From Bacteroidota bacterium (GTDB lineage Bacteria; Bacteroidota; Ignavibacteria; Kapaibacteriales; UBA2268), in assembly GCA_022707965.1 (NCBI GenBank), contig JAKIZO010000004.1, forward strand, positions 7,157-71,156: 64,000 bases of DNA, in the 5' to 3' direction. The notes below the pieces were generated by a model. It made no database searches and was not told the origin of the DNA. It was given only the letters and a program-made list of their open reading frames with translations. The first letter of the stretch is position 1, and each line of letters starts with the position of its first letter. A program made the position numbers and the translations under genes. Shown one piece after another: positions 59,614 to 64,000 of the stretch.

Positions 59614-60142
59614 AAAAATCGAATTTTATGAAATTCAGAAATTCAAGCAAAAACCTTTAATCGTATTGGTGGTAATTGCGGCGCTTTTCCCGTTGTTGTT
59701 TTTTGTTTATGGCTACTATCTTCAAACTGTGGAAAAAATTCCTTTTGGAGACAAGCCATTATCGAATCAAGGATTGTTAATATCTATGATTATTTCAGTT
59801 GTTTTTGCAGTAGGAATTCTTTTGCTTTTCTTTTCGAGTAAGTTGGAAACCTATATCACAAAATCTGGAATTCACGTTAGACTATTCCCGTTTATGAAAT
59901 TCAAAACATATAGCTTCGATATAATTAAACGTTTCAAAATTCGTCAATACAGCCCAATTCTTGATTATGGAGGTTGGGGAATTCGTATCGGTCCTGCGGG
60001 GCGAGCATTTAACGTCTATGGTAAAATAGGCATTCAACTATTTTTCAAAGATGGTGCTCGTTTGCTTATTGGCACTCAAAAACCCGACGATTTCTATAAA
60101 GCTTTATCTAAATTTTGTAATCAAAACGAGGTTAATAAATGA
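59594..60142 (+). CDS. small membrane protein (2 TM) with a C-terminal PH-like/YdbS-like domain, interposed between the TldD-like and TldE-like genes
   Basis: 182 aa. TM helices LIVLVVIAALFPLLFFVYGYY and LLISMIISVVFAVGILLLFF, then a ~90-aa soluble domain (GWGIRIGPAGRAFNVYG...). It overlaps the upstream gene by 20 nt and the downstream gene by 4 nt (ATGA). Confidence 0.4.
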   Translation: MKPFLNEKIEFYEIQKFKQKPLIVLVVIAALFPLLFFVYGYYLQTVEKIPFGDKPLSNQGLLISMIISVVFAVGILLLFFSSKLETYITKSGIHVRLFPFMKFKTYSFDIIKRFKIRQYSPILDYGGWGIRIGPAGRAFNVYGKIGIQLFFKDGARLLIGTQKPDDFYKALSKFCNQNEVNK

Positions 60143-61890
60143 AAAAATTTTTTTTGATTGTTCTATTATTTGCGTTTTTTTCTAATTTGTCCGCAAAAGA
60201 TGAAATTATGCAAGCAATGCGGGACGAAATGGACCGTTCAATGAAGAACCTAAAAATTGAAAATTTGAAAACCCCATATTTTATTGAGTATAAACTCGAA
60301 TATTCAACAAATATTAATGTCCAAGCGGTATTAGGAAACACTACCGATATTAATAATGCCCCGATTGCTCGTCTTACTGTAAATGTTAAAGTTGGAGATT
60401 ATCAGTTCGATAATTCAAATTATATTGATTTTGGGTTGAATTTATTCGGCAGTGGTGATGATGAAGAACAGTTTATGAACCGTCGCATTCCTATCGAACT
60501 AAGCTACCACAACCTACGAAAACACTTGTGGCTTGCAACTGACGCAGCTTACAAGAGAAGTGCGGAAATTTTCACAAAAAAAGAAACTTCGCTTAAAAAT
60601 AAAATAAGAAGGGATACAACACCCGATTTTCTTAAAACTCCACCTTATAAATCTATTGATACAAACTATCAGGTTAAATTTGACATTAAAAAGTTAGAAG
60701 AAATTGCGAAGAAAGTTTCTTACGTGTTTAGAGAATATCATAATATTGATGTTTCTCGAACAACAGTTGAAGGAATTGACGAATTTATATATTATATCAA
60801 CAGTGAGGGAACAGAATACATCAAACGAAATACGCAGTGTGGGGTAGAGGTTATTGCAGCAGCACAATCATCTGACGGAATGCTTGTTTTTGATTTCTTC
60901 TCTGCATATAGCAGAACACCAGATAAACTCCACTCACTTGATTCGCTCATTAATGGTGCAAAAATTGTTGCCCAGAATGTTACGCAGTTGAAAAACGCAT
61001 CAACAATTGACGAAGCTTACAACGGTCCAATTTTATTTACGGAACAAGCTTCTGCTGAACTTATCGCTCAAATTTTTGCTCCAAATCTTGTTGCTCAAAG
61101 AAAACCGTTGATGGATGGTGGCTTCTTCACTGATGATGATAGATTTTCTGCTTTTCAGAATAAAATTGGTGGTCGAGTGTTGCCCGAATTCATCTCTGTT
61201 TGGGCAAAACCTAATCTGCCTGATTATAAGAACTCTCAATTATTCGGTTACTACAAGATAGATGATGAGGGAATACCCGCACAGGATGTACTTTTAGTAG
61301 AAAATGGTTATCTCAAAAATCTGCTGTCGTCACGTGTTCCTACTCGTCGTGTAAAACAGAGTAATGGTCATAATCGAGGTGGATCTGCTATGTTCAGCAA
61401 TATAATTCTCTCAGCAAACAAAAATCAACTTTCTTACAACGAATTGAAAAATAAGTTGATTAAACTTGTTAAAGCCCGTGAGCTCCCTTATGGCATTATT
61501 GTTAAAAAAATACAAAATATAAATATTCTTTATACAGGGTTGTATGCTCTTACTTTTGGTAATATGGATATACCGCGTGGCGGTAATAAATTGCTGATAA
61601 CACAAGCATACAAATTATACCCTGACGGCAGAGAAGAACCCCTTCGTGGAACTTTCGTCAATAACATCTCTACTCAATCCTTTAAGGATATTATTTTTGT
61701 TGGTAAAAATCAATACGTCTATAATTTTTTAGCAAGTGCTGTTGCAAATCCATTTATGACAGGTGGGAAATCATATCTCCCTGCGAGTATCGTTACATTT
61801 GATTTGCTACTGGAAGATGGTGAAATAAAATCGAGCGATGACGATTTCAAAAAACCACCAATTTTGTCTAAACCTGTTGTATTGAATTGA
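60139..61890 (+). CDS. secreted TldE/PmbA-like protein (TldD/PmbA family, no HExxxH)
   Basis: 583 aa. Signal peptide MKKFFLIVLLFAFFSNLSA. Its length and segments parallel the upstream TldD-like protein (e.g. YYKIDDEGIPAQDV vs YYQYDDEGIPAQRV). The zinc motif is absent, as expected for the PmbA partner. Confidence 0.65.
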   Translation: MKKFFLIVLLFAFFSNLSAKDEIMQAMRDEMDRSMKNLKIENLKTPYFIEYKLEYSTNINVQAVLGNTTDINNAPIARLTVNVKVGDYQFDNSNYIDFGLNLFGSGDDEEQFMNRRIPIELSYHNLRKHLWLATDAAYKRSAEIFTKKETSLKNKIRRDTTPDFLKTPPYKSIDTNYQVKFDIKKLEEIAKKVSYVFREYHNIDVSRTTVEGIDEFIYYINSEGTEYIKRNTQCGVEVIAAAQSSDGMLVFDFFSAYSRTPDKLHSLDSLINGAKIVAQNVTQLKNASTIDEAYNGPILFTEQASAELIAQIFAPNLVAQRKPLMDGGFFTDDDRFSAFQNKIGGRVLPEFISVWAKPNLPDYKNSQLFGYYKIDDEGIPAQDVLLVENGYLKNLLSSRVPTRRVKQSNGHNRGGSAMFSNIILSANKNQLSYNELKNKLIKLVKARELPYGIIVKKIQNINILYTGLYALTFGNMDIPRGGNKLLITQAYKLYPDGREEPLRGTFVNNISTQSFKDIIFVGKNQYVYNFLASAVANPFMTGGKSYLPASIVTFDLLLEDGEIKSSDDDFKKPPILSKPVVLN

Positions 61891-61921
61891 TTTGATTTGT
61901 TTTTTATTTATTTGAACTATT

Positions 61922-64000
61922 ATGAATTTCATAAATCCATTGTTTCTATTTGGCTTAATCGCTGCTTCAATTCCTGTATTGTTGCATTTGCTTAATTTAC
62001 GCAAGCTAAAAAATATTGAATTTTCATCTTTAAAGTTCTTAAAAGAACTACAAAAGACAAAAATTAAAAGATTGAAAATAAAGCAAATCATTCTGTTGAT
62101 ACTTAGAACCTTAATAATTACTTTCACTGTTCTTGCATTTGCTCGACCAATTATTGAAGGTTCAATCCCAGGATTTGAGAATTACGCTAAATCAAGCATT
62201 ATTATTCTGATTGATAACTCTTATAGTATGGATATATCTGACGAATTCGGCAACAGATTTATTCAGGCAAAGAAAAGTGCAGAAAAAATCATTAATTCTA
62301 TGAAAGAAGGGGATGAAGCTCTTATTTTAGAAATGTCAGGTTCCAATAGTACTTTTCAACCTGCATTTACGAAAAACAAAGATTTATTAATACAGTCCCT
62401 CTCTCAGATAAAATTGCAGCCGATACCTGCCTCGTTAGATAATTCAATGAGATTAGCTGGTAAGTATTTTCAAAATGCTAATAATTTCGCAAAAGAGTTA
62501 TTTATTATTTCAGATGCGCAGAAAAATGTTTTCCATTCAGAAGATATGTTAAAACTCAATAATAAAAACATTGCTATTTACTTTATTCCAATTGGTTACT
62601 CTTCAAGTAGTAATTTCGAAAATTTATCTGTTGATTCGGTAGATGTTCTTACTAAATTTTTCTCAATTGGAAAATCAGTTGAGCTTTCAGTAACTGTTAA
62701 AAATCATTCTGATAAAGATGTAAAAGGTGCTTTAATTAGCCTTTTGTTTAACAAACAGAAAGTTGCTCAAAAAACATTCGACATTTCTGCTAATTCTGCA
62801 AAATCAATTCCTATCGCGGCTCAAATTCAAAAGCCAGGTGTAGTCTCTGCTGCTATTGAACTCGAAAATGATGCTTTCATTGCAGACAATAACCGCTATT
62901 TTGGATTTATTGTCCCCGAAAAACCAAACGTTGCAATCTTTGGTGAAACAACAAATAACTTCTTCTTAAAAGCTTTGTTTTCAACCGACGATGCTCAAAA
63001 TCAAATAAACGTTTCTTTTTATGACGAGAATTCGGTTGATAACCTTGATTTAAATAAGTTTGATTGCCTGGTACTCAATTTTTCAAATTTTTCTGAAAGC
63101 AAGAAAAATCGAATAAAAGAATATGTGTCCAGCGGTGGTTCTGCAATATTTTTCCCTTCCGACCAAACAAATGATAATTATCGGAATTTCCTTGCAGAGT
63201 TTGGATTTGCTCTATCAGAAAAAAAGAGTTTTTCAGAAAAATCACCTGCCAGTTTCTCTGCTTTAGACGCAAAACACCCAATTTTTGACGGAATGTTCAA
63301 ACTTGCAGGCGAAGGAATTACAATAAACCAAATTGACAATCCAAAAATATTCTCAATTTTGCCTGTTAATACGGGTGTTCCAATCATAGAATCCCAGGAT
63401 GGCTATTTCTTATCTGAAAATCAATTTGGAGATGGAAAATGTTTATACTTTGCTGTTGCACCAAATTTATATTGGAGTAATTTTCCTTTGCTTTCGCTCT
63501 TTCCTTCGCTCATTTTTAGAAGCGTCTTTTATTTGTCTTCATCTATTACTTTAGGCTATTCTTTTGATATTGGGAGCAATCAAACTGTGATGATTCCAAG
63601 AAAATTATCTCCTAACCAAAACTTTAAACTTATCGACCCGTCGGGAAATCAAACCATTATGCAGCTTCCTTTGCTTCAATCCGGTGCTGCTTTATCGCTT
63701 GAATTATTTAATGAAACAGGTGTGTATCAACTCATAAATTCACAAAACAAAATTGCTTACGTTTTTTCATTGAATATGCCTAAAAGTGAATCTTATATTC
63801 AAAAACCTGATGTTTCCAATCTTCTCTCGCATCTCTATTCAAGAACTACTTACAACAAGAACATATTTATTCTTACTAATTATTCTCAATTATCACAAGA
63901 TTTGAAACGAGCAAGAATTGGGACTGAACTATGGAGTATAATGCTATTTCTGGCAATATTATGTGCCATTGCTGAGATGATTGTTCAAAAAGTATCAAAA
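61922..64000 (+). CDS. BatA-like protein: N-terminal double-transmembrane domain + von Willebrand factor A domain, 3' end beyond the window
   Basis: I translated the first ~115 codons (to IILIDNSYSMD) directly from the sequence; a fuller in-frame translation is in hand only for the first ~110 codons. MNFINPLFLFGLIAASIPVLLHLLNLRK is the characteristic N-terminal double-TM motif. IIILIDNSYSMD is a vWA MIDAS DxSxS. No >=60-aa ORF is listed in this frame, which implies the frame stays open to the window end. Confidence 0.7.
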   Translation, partial: MNFINPLFLFGLIAASIPVLLHLLNLRKLKNIEFSSLKFLKELQKTKIKRLKIKQIILLILRTLIITFTVLAFARPIIEGSIPGFENYAKSSIIILIDNSYSMDISDEFGNRFIQAKKSAEKIINSMKEGDEALILEMSGSNSTFQPAFTKNKDLLIQSLSQIKLQPIPASLDNSMRLAGKYFQNANNFAKELFIISDAQKNVFHSEDMLKLNNKNIAIYFIPIGYSSSSNFENLSVDSVDVLTKFFSIGKSVELSVTVKNHSDKDVKGALISLLFNKQKVAQKTFDISANSAKSIPIAAQIQKPGVVSAAIELENDAFIADNNRYFGFIVPEKPNVAIFGETTNNFFLKALFSTDDAQNQINVSFYDENSVDNLDLNKFDCLVLNFSNFSESKKNRIKEYVSSGGSAIFFPSDQTNDNYRNFLAEFGFALSEKKSFSEKSPASFSALDAKHPIFDGMFKLAGEGITINQIDNPKIFSILPVNTGVPIIESQDGYFLSENQFGDGKCLYFAVAPNLYWSNFPLLSLFPSLIFRSVFYLSSSITLGYSFDIGSNQTVMIPRKLSPNQNFKLIDPSGNQTIMQLPLLQSGAALSLELFNETGVYQLINSQNKIAYVFSLNMPKSESYIQKPDVSNLLSHLYSRTTYNKNIFILTNYSQLSQDLKRARIGTELWSIMLFLAILCAIAEMIVQKVSK

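Noticed and set aside
61807-62127. 106-aa minus-strand ORF overlapping the start of the BatA-like gene
   Set aside because: It overlaps the hallmark N-terminal double-TM and vWA coding sequence on the plus strand. Its translation is low-complexity with no motifs.
1-64000. Search for CRISPR arrays, tRNA/rRNA genes, IS elements, integrases and prophage genes
   Set aside because: No regularly spaced direct repeats, no cloverleaf-compatible conserved tRNA boxes in the intergenic regions, and no transposase, integrase or phage-like ORFs. The window looks like core chromosome.

Overview
This is a gene-dense (~90% coding), AT-rich (roughly mid-30s %GC by eye) bacterial chromosomal segment. I see no rRNA, tRNA, CRISPR array, transposase, integrase or phage gene. 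Most of it is core housekeeping: alaS, pheT, recR, ybaB, gyrB, aroC, secA, murI, rlmI, ppdK and hutU. These are interleaved with signalling and accessory modules:
- a 5'-truncated RsbU-like PP2C phosphatase with a STAS antagonist and an RsbW-like kinase (partner-switching module) at the left edge
- a pspA gene followed by a tentative YbjN-like gene
- a tandem pair of histidine kinases
- an operon of response regulator, 4-PAS histidine kinase, response regulator and receiver-PAS-pseudokinase
- an ECF sigma factor upstream of a trimeric NuoEF-like [FeFe]-hydrogenase operon in the order hydB-hydA-hydC
- a fused E1 alpha/beta 2-oxoacid dehydrogenase component
- a Tat-exported LD-carboxypeptidase next to a methyltransferase-glycosyltransferase-TPR fusion protein
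- a secreted TldD/TldE-like pair with a small membrane protein between them
- the start of a BatA-like vWA protein running off the right edge
- an unusual minus-strand operon (49083-52785): FtsX-type permease, isochorismatase-like hydrolase, CxxC-less thioredoxin-reductase-like flavoprotein and a RlmN/Cfr-like radical SAM protein that lacks the N-terminal domain and the Cys118 equivalent. This operon is the best candidate for an undescribed system.
Most genes carry Shine-Dalgarno-like motifs, and operons show frequent ATGA/TAATG overlaps. Clear rho-independent terminator hairpins occur at convergent gene ends, and two of them reuse the same 11-bp stem CCTTCGGAAGG. By inference only, the host is a diderm bacterium (LolD-like ATPase, Tat signal, TolB-like PD40 protein, BatA) that is anaerobic or facultative ([FeFe] hydrogenase, PPDK). 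Its features resemble the FCB group (Ignavibacteria/Chlorobi-like), but this is a guess. All calls rest on reading the translated ORFs and recalling family motifs; I ran no database search.
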